Assembly (NCBI GenBank): GCA_964016885.1
Contig: OZ024740.1
Coordinates: forward strand, 131,316,001 to 131,380,000
Length of the DNA stretch: 64,000 bases
Direction of reading: 5' to 3'
From: Eledone cirrhosa
Lineage: Eukaryota
Notes under the pieces: generated by a model
What the model was told of the DNA's origin: nothing
Databases searched by the model: none
The model's input: only the letters and a program-made list of their open reading frames with translations
In this document: positions 1 through 13,385 of the stretch, one piece after another
Layout of the letters: the number at the start of each line of letters is the position of its first letter
Position numbering within the stretch: position 1 is the first letter of the stretch
Program-made: the position numbers and the translations under genes

Positions 1-109
1 TCTTTCCAGGGTTCTCTCTATCATCACTGATTTTCCGCTTAATAATAACACTGAGTCACTAAGCACAAATAGGCGAGGAAATAAATACTACAGCATCTGA
101 CCTAACTAT

Positions 110-930
110 CTCTATATAGGCTATATATGGAGGATCTATAACTGTTAGTGCAGCCAAAAGGCGACTCATGGTATTTTTAGAAACAGTACATGGATTCACA
201 AAATAAATAGGCATTTAACATTTATCTAGAAAAATGCACCGATATAATTCTAGAGTAAGATTCTGAAATACGCAGAAAAAAAATGACTGCATTTAGAATA
301 CACCTTTTAAAATCACGTGTAGAAAACTGTACCTCACTTTAGCACAAGAACAAAGCCTTTTCATCAGAAACCACTATAAGTACGTTACGAAGCACAGCAG
401 AGTATAGAATAAGTGGATGCGGGGAAGAAACAATTAGCCTCGTTATATCTGGCTGCCCAGTCTTGGCAAAAAAAGTAATTTATCCAAAGACATGATAGAG
501 ATGTTATTTACCTACTCTAAAGGTTAGACCAAAATTATAAAATACGAACAACAAAAAGTATATTACAGATATACACCTGAAAACGTGTCAGAGGATGACA
601 AACCAAGCATTCTCTGAGATATTAAAGAGATATCAAAGACAAGGATATTACAACCAACGCATCGGCTATAATTGTCAAGACCTCAAACAAACAATGTATC
701 AATCCCAACAGATGAGAATCAATCCACCAAGGAAATGGAGAAACTATCAAAATAAAAAGAAATTGAAATATAAATATCCTGAATGTTGATGATGAAACAG
801 AAATGACATGAATAATAATAGGTAATCTGGGGTTGATGTGAATAGAAAACAAAAATCAACATAACCAAAACCTCAGACCTTTCAAATATATGCAGTATAG
901 AAAAACAAGCACTGTTACGAACATAACAGG
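110..930 (+). mobile_element. Decayed 3' fragment of an R4/Dong-like (REL endonuclease) non-LTR retrotransposon
   Basis: ~418-500 translates, with a frameshift, to CGEETISLVISGCPVLAKK..IQRHDR, the zinc-knuckle/RHD region also seen in the Dong-like ORFs at 54.5 and 59.5 kb; KQALL-like C-terminus near 905; many stops and frameshifts. Confidence 0.6.
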
Positions 931-1943
931 AATATTTCACTAATATGGGAATTGAAATTTCATAATCAACGAATCATTTAAGATATAGTTAAATTTCAGT
1001 TTCAAATAGTGCAAATATTAAAACCTTCAAAATTCATGTAGGGAATTTATTCAATGTATTGAGAAACGATACGTAGAGTACAGGGAATATTTCTTCAATA
1101 TATCATTTCTACAACAGGATGCTATTTCAAAATTAGAAAGTCACATGAAATCCCCATTAATATACGATGGTATAAGAAATCCGTACTGACAATTTATGCT
1201 ATGTGTTACTGATTTCATCAAAACAAGCTCAAATAAATGTAGCTTTTGTAGAATTAAGGAACAGTTACTGCGCGTCTTGTTATCTCCCGCTATAACTGCT
1301 ATTAGTATGGCCCTACAGCATAATTCGACACATGCTAACTGATTTGTAGACTAGTTATTTAACAAGTGCGGTACTTATTCAGGACATATTCCAATGTAGT
1401 TATCTTATATATTTAAATATATTATGTGATCAAATATAATAATTGCCGTGGCTTTCTTCAAATATAGAGCTGTAGCTTATCTAACTGATTCTTCTTTATG
1501 GCTACAATTTAGTAAGTTTAGATACTTGAAAAGATTTAGCTTTCTTGAGATGCATTTATCTGTTAGTTTATAATTAAAAGAATTAAAATTTGAAGGAGTG
1601 TACGATGACAGAATTGATCTATCGTAAATAGATGCAGTTGTCACGTAATATCAGTGCGAAATATATATTTATATGTTTGTAATAGAATAGCCGAATATTT
1701 ACATCAACATATTGTTTCATTATCTGATATCAAATTCATATTAGATTAGTTGTGAACACAAAATGAAACGTGGAATTATTTTTCTAATGAAAAATGGGAA
1801 ATACAAATACATTTATCATGTCTCAGTATGTAAAACATACTTGACTTTTTTGTTGGTACCAGTAGTTATTAAAAGAGTTGTATTGCGTGAGAATTTAGTT
1901 ATTTCGTCTAGAGTACTTGGTAAGACATATAATCGTATATACA

Positions 1944-2144
1944 TTTGGCACAAGGCCAGCAATTATCCCAGTGTATTACTAGTACTTTATTTTATCGACC
2001 CCGTAAGACTGAAAAGCAAAGTTAACCTCGGTGGGATTTGAACTCACATCATAAGGGCCATAACTCAATGCTGCAAAGCATTGCATCCGACCCTCTACCG
2101 ATACTGCCAATCCACCGCCCTCCGATACTGCCGATCTACCGCCC
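1944..2144 (-). mobile_element. tRNA-derived SINE (cephalopod-type family)
   Basis: Reverse complement matches the copies at 9587 and 14151 (GGCGGTGGATTGGCAGTATCGG head, GAGTTCAAATCCC B-box-like, GGGGTCGATAAAATAAAGTAC core, GGCCTTGTGCC tail); head duplicated at ~2121-2144. Confidence 0.85.
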
Positions 2145-4188
2145 TAGTTGGGTAAGATATATAATGCGTAGCCATATAGTCAAAGACGACCCTAGAAGTA
2201 TGAATGAAATTATAAAATGATCCGTCGGATAATGTTTATCTGCACTATAAATATATACGGCACATTATATATGCAGACACAATACAGTTATACTATTGAC
2301 GTTCTTGTTTATTATCCTGTCAGACCTTGGCGATCTTAAACTTTGTTCATAACTATCTGATATGGTGTTCCTTGTTCTGCAAAATTAATGATTGGCATGA
2401 GGTTAAGTCGATTGATATTTCAAGCAGATGCGGGTGTGCAAACATTTTTTTTCATTTGTTGTTATACGTATTTGGTGGTTAAAATAAATCATTCTAACGC
2501 TTCCTAATTTCTATAATAGGCATTTCAAGAGACATTGTAGGAGTAATTGAAGTGAAGATCGTCATATACGCAACAGGCTTATATATATCTTCGAATAACA
2601 GTTGTAGCATTAACAATTTTGAACGTGGTTTGTTTCAATTTCGGGAAAAAAGAAGGTCCTAATAATGAAATTAATACTGAACAATAATTCTTCGATATTT
2701 CACATCCATGAATGTAATCATATAATAATATGAAATATTGATTAAAAATATCAACTAAGACAGGATGACCCCCTGCTTGGAAAATAATAATATTTTTAAT
2801 CAACACAAAATGCACAATACTTGATGGAACAGAAGATAAAATATCGAGAATGATGATTAATATGATGTAAATAATATTGATAAATATGATATTATCGGAA
2901 TTATTCGGATGATGTCGACGATCAAGATGATGATGATGTAGAGAAAATCAAAACTAAAAGCTTGCGTTAATCTGCCATCATGAATTCAATCAATTTAACT
3001 ATAAATTTGCTTTTATTTAGTATCGATTTGCTAGAAATGAAATTGCCAAATGATGGAAGATTTCTGTTTAATTGAAAAGAATTTAAAGCTTTTAATAATC
3101 AAATGTTCAATAAAAGTCGATTATCGATATTGTGACTGGGTGTAGTGTTTTCCTATTTCTTTGCAAATGCGATAAGTAAAAACAATACCATTAAAACGAG
3201 TGGAAAAATTATGACGAATATCAATACAAATAACAGTAGAATTGTGAAAATATGAAAATATGTACGTTTATTTGCCTGAGAGTGTGAGAGAAGCTACACA
3301 ATTAAAAATAAAGACGGACAACGTTCAGAAAAAAAAAGTAAAGTGACATTTTAAGAGGGGATTATGAAAATATATTTTAGTGAAATCTTTATTAATATTG
3401 TAAAAAGAAAATAAACTTTCATCCACCGAGAAATGATTCTCCGTGTATTTTACATACCTATTGAAATTAACTATATAGTAATGAATAATTCGATCGCAAA
3501 GTCTGTTGAGAATATTTCGGTACGTGTAAAAACGTTAAAAAAATATAATTATGTATTTAACTTATCAATCCTCCTGTACACATAGCAACATCATTGATAA
3601 ATATATTTTACTGGGTTCTTTCATGGGGAGATTTAAATGTATATCATATTACTGTGTTGTTAACTGAATCACTGAACATCCTCATATTTGATATATTCTA
3701 AGCAACTACAATAATTATCAGTTGCGTAGTGCATATGTATGTGAATGTTTGGATCCCTTATTCTAATTTCAGATGAACAATTTGTCAGATGAGGGAAATC
3801 AGTAAGAATGTGATCATCGGATCGGGCAAATTGGCCGGAAAATATAAATTTACACCAGTATTATATTACGAAGAATAGTCTATGAATATAAATGTTTTCT
3901 TTAAAGTCAATCAGTGAAATATACATACATGTCCTTCTATATTTACCCTGTATTAAATTAATTACAAAGTTTATTTAAATCATGCTGCAACGTTAAGTGT
4001 AGCAGTTTAAAAACTAATTTATATATGACAAAAGGAGTATATATATATATATATGAATTCGGTGTCCAGTAAAGCTGGAATAATATTGCTTGCCCATATA
4101 CTGACAAAGGAAACGTAAATATTTGTTCAATTAATGCAAAAATATGAAATTCCGATATTCTAATACATTTATACATAAAATTAAAAAC

Positions 4189-4270
4189 CTGACTCAAAGC
4201 CAGGGCTCCTCTCGTCGCAGTATATCTTAGTAAGTTGGCGTTGAAAGACTGGGGCTGTATCACCACTCGA
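4189..4270 (-). CDS. Candidate isolated 82-nt host exon (SSGDTAPVFQRQLTKIYCDERSPGFES)
   Basis: Minus strand has a strong acceptor TTTCTTTTCCAG, an open frame, GC content above the flanks, and a CAG|GT donor (weak: GTTTTT). No homology recognised. Confidence 0.25.
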
Positions 4271-5332
4271 CTGGAAAAGAAATGTTGTCGTTGGAAAAAA
4301 CTATAGATCCTGCGACTAATATTAATTAGGATTATAATTGTTTGGAAGCAATCTAAATTTCAAAGATTGAAACATGAATTGATCACCCAAACCTACGGTT
4401 GTGAGATCAACATGTCTCTTGTCTTTATATATATATATATATATATATCAGCAAGGAATCTCACTTTATTAACAAATACGGACCCCGTATAAACACTTCT
4501 CCCTAAGACGAACCCACAACATACACATGTCAACATACATACCTACATAAGCATACATCCTACATACATCTCTATCCACATATAAACACAATGACATACG
4601 TAAACACACATGTCCTATGACGCAACACAAATATACACAAATTTCCGCACATTTTGATGTTTATAGATATACACGTGCCGACACGCACACACACACATAC
4701 ATATACGCACACATGTATTGCACATTGATGGGCACATACATATTTGTACACAAGTATACCATACGGTAAGGCCTAATGGATTCCCCTTTCAGTACGTACA
4801 ATCTGGACACTCACACACACCTTGGTGTTATCACAATACTATACATCATTTCTCCTCTTTTATATCATTGATGTTATTGATGTTCTTTTGATTGATGTTC
4901 TTTTCAGAGAATTGTTTTTGCAACTTACTGAAAATATCGAATAATGTACGCCATCTTTTACCAGTACCACAAAATTACTGGTCCATCCACACACACACAC
5001 ACACACACATATATACACACACACAAACACACACACATACACACGCGTACAATAACATACAGACATACATACACACACACACACAAACACACACAAACAC
5101 ATACACACACACACACTTATATGTATAAGACAAAAGCCTGAAACATATGTTTCAACGTGTTAACCCCTCCACACATACACACACATACACGTACACACAC
5201 ATCCCTACTGACCGAGTCATTCCACTTAACACATCAATGAACCACATATTTGTCTTAATAGACACCTGAACTATTGACCTTTCCACATGACTGCAACTCA
5301 CATACGTATACACACATCTCTACTGACCATAT

Positions 5333-5423
5333 AACTTTGCCTTTCATCCTTACGGGGTCGATAAAATAAAGTACCAGTAATGCACTGCTAATTGCTGGCC
5401 TTGTGCCTAAAGTAGAAACAATT
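5333..5423 (+). mobile_element. SINE 3' half nested in the PLE tail
   Basis: AACTTTGCCTTTCATCCTTACGGGGTCGATAAAATAAAGTACCAG...GGCCTTGTGCCTAAAGTAGAAACAATT. Confidence 0.8.
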
Positions 5424-5858
5424 ATCAAAACAATGAACCACTTTACTACAGACACACACATACCAACACAGACACACACACACATACCCGCCCCCATAAA
5501 CACACCCACTCACATATTTGTTTTAATAGACATATTTTTCAGTGATTTCTCAACATGACTGCAACTCAATCAAGCGGAAAAGGACATTCTTCGACAAATC
5601 TACATTTGGCGCGAAACCAGTTCGCGCTAAAATCAATTTTAACATTCACGTGACTTCTACCGACCAATCAAAAATGTTTTGACTAAAATAAATTTTTACA
5701 ACACGAATTGGCGCGAATTTTATAGTGATTATACACGTGACATTCAACAACCAACTAAATCTAATACCTCTGGAGCCAGTTTTTCACATAAAACGGGAAG
5801 AATTTCCCAAACGGATCAGATTAGATCAACAAAGCACGACGGCTCTATCTCACAATTA

Positions 5859-5894
5859 TTTTTGAAAAGCATTAGAAATGCGCAACAGGTAAAA
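5859..5894 (+). ncRNA. Degenerate minimal hammerhead ribozyme (U3-A8 variant)
   Basis: UUU-UUGAAAA-GCAU UAGAA AUGC-GCAA-CAGG-UA-AAA; homologous to 20183-20220 with compensatory stem changes, but GAAA>GCAA and CCGG>CAGG. Confidence 0.55.
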
Positions 5895-6165
5895 ACTAAA
5901 TATTAAAACTGAATACTAACTAATACTTATTACTAATTTATACTTATTCCTAATTAAACTATTTTTTTACTGGGAAAAATTTGTCAGCATTTTGTTTTCC
6001 TTACTAATATATCACAACTCGTGTGTTACACCTCTATTTTTTAAATATATATATATATATCCATGTAGTGTAACGCGAAGTAACTGTGGGTTCACCCGGG
6101 TGATCACTCGAGGTTTAGGTCCCCGTCAATATGGAGTGTAGAGCTAGAGAGAGTGTAATATAATT

Positions 6166-6353
6166 ATTGTTTCTACTTTTGGCACAAGGCCAGGAATTAT
6201 CCAGTGCATTACTGGTACTTTATTTTATCGAACACGTAAGGTTGAAAGGTAAAGTTAACCACGGCGGTATTTGATCTGAGACCGTAAATGGCCGTAAATA
6301 TTTGCTGAAATGAATGGGATTCGAACCTCTACCGATACTGCTAATCCACCCCC
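6166..6353 (-). mobile_element. tRNA-derived SINE
   Basis: Same family as 1944-2144 (GGCACAAGGCC...ACTGGTACTTTATTTTATCGA...CTCTACCGATACTGCTAATCCACC). Confidence 0.8.
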
Positions 6354-6546
6354 AAGTAACCATAATAATACAAGGAAGGATGGTTAAGCCTTAATTGCAT
6401 TTATTAATTGATGCAGCTCGTTTCGCTATCCATTAGTTCAAGGCTCGATTTGTAGTGATCAGGCCCTTTCGGCCCCGATGGGCCAGATCGATGTAGAACG
6501 AGCATTGAGTACATCAATAACGAACGCGCGTCACCAACCAATAAAT

Positions 6547-6557
6547 ATATATATATA

Positions 6558-6656
<99 letters not shown>

Positions 6657-6695
6657 TTATTTATTTATATATATATATATACATATATATCACAG

Positions 6696-6752
<57 letters not shown>

Positions 6753-6785
6753 ATGTGTGGGTGGGTGTGTGTATGTATGTATGCA
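6547..6785. repeat. (TA)n/(TG)n compound microsatellite, representative of dozens in the window (e.g. 7261-7338, 19936-20042, 25413-25566, 38141-38355)
   Basis: Direct inspection. Confidence 0.95.
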
Positions 6786-7266
6786 ATATTACTGAATAAA
6801 GTAACATATGCAATACCTTTACACTTTTATTTTTGCAGATACTATATATATTTCAAGGGCCAGTAGAGTTCGAGTGATATCATCTGTTGCATCGCATGAC
6901 AGTCATAAACCAATCATGGTAGGCACAAGCTTGGTACACAGATACAAACAAATAAAAATAAATAAAATTGGAGACATTTGTCTCAGCTGTGGTCCACGTC
7001 CAGTTGGTTACACTGAACGTCAATGAATAAATAAATGAATAGTTGTGTCGGTGTATAGAAAGTCAGCGTGTTAGGTGGCGGGAGCGTATAGGTTCTATGT
7101 ATATTACTACCACGATGTTCTCCCGCTATATTAGTTAATGGTTTCATTAGATAGATTAATTTGATTATGACTGTCAATTATATCAAGTTACAGAAAAATA
7201 CGTTGAATAGAGATCGATTTAATAGTTCTAAATAATATACTAAGCTGATGTGAAGCCTAAATATAT

Positions 7267-7338
<72 letters not shown>

Positions 7339-7343
<5 letters not shown>

Positions 7344-9260
7344 TAACAGATTAAAGTTTAAGCAAAAATCGGTGCTTTCACCCTTAACGGGATCTTCTGA
7401 AACTATCAAAGTCAATCTGTAAACGCAGTACTGGATATTTCAAAAAACATTGCAACCGGAGGAAGACAGGTAGACGATACTTTGGTTCGTGGAAACGTTC
7501 GCTGGCAAAGAACGGGAAAAAAACGAATAATACGTCATTAATAGGAGCAGTGATAAACAATTACGCGCAAAGACAGCACCACGTTTATGGTATAAAAGAG
7601 GTCGTAGACTAATGTTCTCTTAGTTGGTGCATAGAGACGTTCTCTGGCAATGAACGAAAAAACGAAGATAATAAGTCATATTTGGAGCGTGGAGAACAAT
7701 AGCACGCAAAGACAAAACCATGTAAATGATATAGCAGAAGTCGTAAACTAACATTCTAACTAGGAGACCAAATGAATCTCCGCTACAGAGTTAAGAACAA
7801 AATAAATAAATACAATACAGAAGTAATAGAAATAAATAAATACATACACGCAAACAAATACGTACATACACAAGCATACGCAAAACCTTACCATAGGTGT
7901 ACAAAACCACGCACATATAAATATGTGTGTGTGTGTATGCTTGTGTACAAATAAATAAATAATTAATTAATAATATAAACGTATATAAGTAAATAAATAC
8001 GTATATAACAAGCACACACACATACCTACATATAAATACACGAATGTTCGGAGACGTAAGTCAACTAAAACAAGAAGTACACATATACACACACGCACCA
8101 TACGTACGAACCAGCATACTCACGCAGACGCAAAATTCCCGTATACACATAGCCAAACCTTAAATACCAGAATATATAAAAATTATACGCCATAACAATC
8201 AAATATACGTACGAGAAGGTATACATACCTTCACAAAACATACGGGTAATATATACTTACCTATGCAAATAAGTAAAGTAATAAACAAAACATATACTTA
8301 GCTCCCACATCAAGACGTAGAATATCCACGTATAGATCGTACTATCCGTTAGGGTATAACATGGGGCTGTAATACAGGAAAGTTTTGTGCAATTTATGTT
8401 TAAAAGTCGAAATTGCCTCAGATTTTTTGTTTAAGATGTGGTCTGTGGCGTAGTGTATTTCCAGGGCCTCAGCGGCGCAGAGGTCACATGGTCTTTTATT
8501 TCCTTATACGATCTAGCCCTAGCTAGGATCTCCCAGTGTAATTTATATTGGGTGTGGTTGTCTTTTAGACTCCAGATATAAGCTGAAAGTGACGTCATAT
8601 TCCTTCTTAGAGAGTAATGAAAAGAATGGGTATGCATGTAAATACGCTGCTAGAAACTATTGGCGGTTAACCCTATGTAGGCCCTACGGAACGTGGGTGT
8701 TACAACCTTACATTAGTAGACAATGTTACTAGAGAGGCATTTCCCGGATAGGGGGCAATCAGCCCCATTCCTACAATTACAGTTAGTACTAACAACAGGG
8801 TTGCACGTGTTCCCACGGCTAGGTAGTTTAGCTAAATTTGAAGCTGTGAAGTTATGTGCAAGGTTAGGAGTCGTAGAGTAAGAAATGTTAATAGTATTTC
8901 TATTAAAGATTTTACTATATTTATGTGTAGGGGAAAATGCTTCGAAATAAGGGAAAGAAAGATCTTAGCTAATGGTGTGGCCACCTCCATATTATATGGT
9001 GGGTTAAACCAACAAATGCGACGGGATCTATTTCTTCTAGGTCTATTATCGTCCTCTGTATATGCTACCTTATCGACAAATCCACTTCGAGCAAGAGCTT
9101 CATTGTAATAAGTGGAATGGTCGTTGAAAATACGCTCGTTGGTGGATAGACGGGAAAGCCTCAACGAAACGTTTCTTACCAGGTTCTTGGTTATGCTGGC
9201 AGGATGGTTGGAATGCTTACTTATGTAATTAAGCGTATCATTCGGCTTTCTATTTCTCAG
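7339..9260 (-). mobile_element. 5'-truncated Penelope-like element (Naiad-like): RT C-terminus, CxCx5C linker, GIY-YIG, 3' tail
   Basis: Minus strand: RKPNDTLNYISKHSNHP, WFNPPY, CNCRNGADCPLSGKC, NIVY*CKV...YIGLT, TSLSAYIWSLK; in-frame stops; ends in (TA)n. Confidence 0.85.
7355..7404 (-). ncRNA. Hammerhead ribozyme motif in PLE 3' tail (U4A-mutated)
   Basis: AGUUU-CAGAAGA-UCCC GUUAA GGGU-GAAA-GCA CCGAUUUU UGC-UU-AAACU; stems I and III pair. Confidence 0.6.
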
Positions 9261-9586
9261 TTAGGTTTCTGTAAATCCGAAATCAACAAAATCCGCTTGT
9301 ACTGTATACAATTTGTTTCTGCAAGATCGAACAGTAGATTTACATTCTCAACAGGCTTTCTTTCTGACACAAATCAGGATGTGATGGCACATGTTACTCC
9401 AAAGGGAGCTACCCCCGGTTTATGGCGGTCAAATTCAAATTATGAGCAATGAAAAACGTACCATACACAAACTGAATTAAGCACTCAATCAGACCGTTAT
9501 TGAACAAACATACATAATTAACCAATCAATATGGAATTGTCAAATTAAATTAATCAATTAATCATTATATATTATATATATATATG

Positions 9587-9772
9587 AGGCGGTGGATTAG
9601 CAGTATCGGTAGAGAGTCGGACGCCATACTTTCCAGCATAGTTACGTCCCGTTACGATCTGATTCAAATCCCGCCGAGGTTGACTTTGCCTTTCATCCTT
9701 ACGGGGTCGATAAAATAAAGTACCAGTAATGTACTGGATGTGTGCTGGCCTTGTGCCTAAATAGAAACAATT
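9587..9772 (+). mobile_element. Full-length tRNA-derived SINE inserted in (TA)n
   Basis: AGGCGGTGGATTAGCAGTATCGG head, GATTCAAATCCCGCC B-box-like, conserved core and tail. Confidence 0.88.
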
Positions 9773-9816
<44 letters not shown>

Positions 9817-9829
9817 CATTATATATATA

Positions 9830-10765
9830 TATACAAATGAATATATGATAGGGATAAACACTGATGCAAGTATACATATGTTCGCATTGCAAATGACCAA
9901 GTTAGCTAGATTGAAAAATACTAATTAAAATAATACGGTTTGCTGTCTCGATTTAAAATAATAAATCAATAAAAACAAACCTATAGTTGCAATAGCCGTA
10001 GATACCTGGACAAATTTTAAATTTTAAATTTTAAATTTGTTTCGCAACAATTAAGTGAAAGTTCCCATTCCTGTGCTCTTCTGCAGGTATCCAGAAATTG
10101 GTAAGTTTCACTTCAAAATGCATAAGAAGACAGAGAGAAATGTGTTGTTGAAAGCACGTGTCACAGCGCCTAGCACGTCTCTTTCTCGTGCCGCTAAAAA
10201 TAGCGGCCGGTTATATGGGACTAAAAATTATCTTAACGCACGTAGCCGAGAATAGTATATATAGAGTTATGAACTAAAATAGTCTTTTACAATTACATAG
10301 CTTAAAGACAGGAATATTTCCGAGCCATGTAATACAAATGAATATATGATAGGGATAAACACTGATACAAGTATACATGTGTTCGCATTGCAAATTACCA
10401 AGTTAGCTAGATTGAAAAATATTAATTAAAATAAAACGGTTTGCCAGTCTCGATTTAAAATAATGAGTCAATAAAAAAATTTAAATTTCAAATTTGTTTC
10501 GGAACAATTAAATGAAAGTCCCCATTCCTGTTGCGAATATCGGTTTGTCTTTATTTATTTATTATTTTAAATCGAAACAGGCAAACCGTATTATTTTAAT
10601 TAGTAATTTTCAATGTAGCTAACTTGGTCATTTGCAATGCGAACACATGTATACTTGTATCAGTGTTTATCCCTATCATATATTCATTATTCATTTGTAT
10701 TACACGGCTCGGAAATATTCCTTTCTTTGAGATATTTAATTGTAAAAGACTATTTGAGTTTATAA

Positions 10766-10770
<5 letters not shown>
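9830..10770. repeat. Direct duplication (9830-10075 / 10333-10530) plus ~210-bp inverted repeat (10261-10465 / 10560-10770)
   Basis: Shared block GAATATATGATAGGGATAAACACTGAT...CAAGTTAGCTAGATTGAAAAAT; its reverse complement lies at 10600-10690. Confidence 0.85.
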
Positions 10771-10807
<37 letters not shown>

Positions 10808-10809
10808 AT

Positions 10810-11096
10810 AACAACCCAACAAGGAACTGGGCATATCGGAGTATTGACAATATTATACACCTAAACAACATATGTACTTGTCTATACCATACTAATTCAA
10901 ACTGCCTAAAGAGGTCACAGCCAAAGATGGCTGTCACTGAAATATATATAGCAGTAATAAACGAAGCTAAATTTTAATCATTTAACTTTTATTTAACTTT
11001 ATTTTACACTACTCCGGAGTAACCAAACCAACCTGCGCACTTCGTCGAGTGCTCCAGCCTGCATACTGAGGTGTTGGTATACAACCAACATAAACT

Positions 11097-11098
<2 letters not shown>
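10810..11098 (+). mobile_element. PLE 3' tail fragment (second copy at 22641-22800)
   Basis: Contains an HHR; ACTCCGG.GTAACCAAAC.AACCTGCG.ACTTCGTCGAGTGCTCCA..CTGCATACTGAGGTGT shared with 22714-22777; flanked by (TA)n. Confidence 0.65.
10901..10955 (+). ncRNA. Minimal hammerhead ribozyme (G5A-mutated) with (UA)n palindromic stem III
   Basis: ACUGC-CUAAAGA-GGUCACAGCCA AAGA UGGCUGUCACU-GAAA-UAUAUA-UA-GCAGU. Confidence 0.7.
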
Positions 11099-11160
<62 letters not shown>

Positions 11161-13385
11161 ACAATAATAATTGTAACAATAGGAATATCAATATTTAGTG
11201 GCTGGTGTAGCGGAATTAATCAGATAATTAATAATAGCGGTTATGCAAATGATCCTAATGGAAGAAATAGATGAATTAAGTTATGTGTATTAATCATTGT
11301 GACAGTAAAATAGAAATGGGAGTCTCTAGAGTCAGTTAGTAATGTGATGTACAGCAGATAATTAATAATAACAGTTATGTTAATGATCTTTTTGAGGGTG
11401 ATGTTCAACTGTACTGGAAGTGGCAAACGAAAGTAAGATTAAAGTTGGTTTCGGTTAACTAGCTTTGAGATCAATGCTTAGATTTATATATCCATGTTTT
11501 AAATTAGTCCTATACAGAAAAAAAGAGTGTGGTTAAGGGCTCCAACCAGACCACGTTGGCGACCCCGTCCTCAAACTGGGTCTGAGAACCCACAACCCCC
11601 TCCGATTATATCCGTATATTGAAAATAGGTAAATTGTTATCATTTCCAACACGCCCAAAATGAAGGTCAAATATCCGAGCCTGACTCTTAAGCCACGTAG
11701 TCCAAATAGATATTAACAGCAATGTTGTTAAAGATTGTTGTGATAGAGTGGATTAGGGTGTATAAATTAAATTTGAAACATATTATAAAAAGTAAAAGTT
11801 CCAGATAAATAAAACATTAGGTAAAGTTATATTATCTACTTATATATATAACAAGCAATTTCTATGTCTGTCTGTCCGACAGTGGAAACACGTGCGTAGA
11901 GTGAGAGTGAGAGTGAAAGAAAGAGACAGACTACGAGAGGGGGATAGCGGTAGGGAGAGAGAGAGTGAATAGACGCTAAAACACGTGCTACAGAAATATT
12001 ACCTTCCCCTCTCCACTGACTCAATTTATTAATCAGATTGCGCAGTTCCATAACCTACGTTTGATTTGTTCAATTTTTCTCTTCAATTTTTTTTGTTGTT
12101 TTTTTTTTATTTCTTATTGAAAAAATATAAATAGTAAAATAAGGTTAGAAATTTAAATACAATTAAATACGATTTAATTTCCATTTCCAGCCGCCAATGT
12201 CCAGTGTTCAATTTCATGAAAAAATTGGAAATAATAAAAAAAATTGAAGTTTAACTTTTGAACATTTGTTTTGACACTAACAAAATATTTCCTTATTCAC
12301 ACCTAATGGTATGATTAAAATTTCATAGGAATATTTTTTTCTAACCGCCAGTTATTTATGTTCTCCTTTTTCGTTTTAACATATATTTATTTCAAAGATT
12401 TCACCGTATAGATAACATATATATTTATACATGCATAAAAGACACACCGAGAGACGGTGAACATATGGTGCAGAAAACATTTCTCATCCAAATCTCATCA
12501 ATATCAGTATATACACTAGATTTGCTAGCAGAAAACCGCCTACCGAGTGGTTTTCTGCTAGTCTACTTATATATATAACCAGCAATTTCTCTGTCTGTTT
12601 GTCCGACAGTGGAAACACGTGCGTAGAGAGAAAGTGAGAGTGAAAGAAAGAGACAGACTACGAGAGGGGGATAGCGGGAGGGAGAGAGGGAGTGCGAGAG
12701 AGTGAATAGACGCTAAAACACGTGCTACAGAAACATTACCTTCCCCTCTCCACTGACTTTGGTCACTGAGGCCGAGGGAATCGCTGGTTGCTATAGAGAC
12801 ACCTTGCACAGGCCAGAATTAACCAGTTCGAGGCGGTTCTGACTTGACACCATGCGAAGAAGGGTGCCATTGAATTTGTGGTTGTTGCTACTGATAATAA
12901 GGACCATTTGAGGAAGGTGGCTGCTGATGAGGTAATTTGTTAATCAGATTGCGCAGTTCCATAAGCTAAGTTTGAATTGTTCAATTTCTTTCTTCAGTTT
13001 TTTGTGTTGTTTTTTTTTATTTATTATTGAAAAAATATAAATAATAAAATAAGGTTAGAAATTTAAATACAATTAAATACGATTTAATTTCCACTTCCAG
13101 CAGCCAATGTCCAGTGTTCAATTTCATGAAAAAATTGGAAATAATTCAAAAAATTGGAGTTTAACTTTTGAACATTTGTTTTGAAAATAAAAAAATGTTT
13201 CCTTATTCACACCTAATGGTATGATTAAAATTTCATAGGAATATTTTTTTCTAACCGCCAGTTATTTAAATATTATTAAAAATAATTTTTTTTTTAAAAG
13301 GAATGGAAGATTTTGTGGATTTTTTTACCACCTTCCAAGCCTTAAACACTAATTATCGCGATTTGTGTTTTGTAATGATCCTTAG

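Larger units (their letters stand above)
4449..6043 (+). mobile_element. 5'-truncated Penelope-like element (Neptune-like): GIY-YIG C-terminus plus long microsatellite-rich 3' tail
   Basis: 4453-4506 reads KESHFINKYGPRINTSP*, similar to NENMFIQKYRPTLNMV at 21278; 5560-6040 resembles the minus-strand tail at 20043-20480; flanked by (TA)n. Confidence 0.7.

Noticed and set aside
3773-3801. 29-nt plus-strand micro-exon (TTTCAG...GTAAGA)
   Set aside because: Such signals are common by chance in AT-rich DNA; no other support.
9587-9680. tRNA gene
   Set aside because: A/B-box-like head of a multi-copy SINE; no cloverleaf.
10680-10760. Hammerhead in the 10.3-10.8 kb inverted repeat
   Set aside because: GAAA present but no CUGANGA-like core or stem I.
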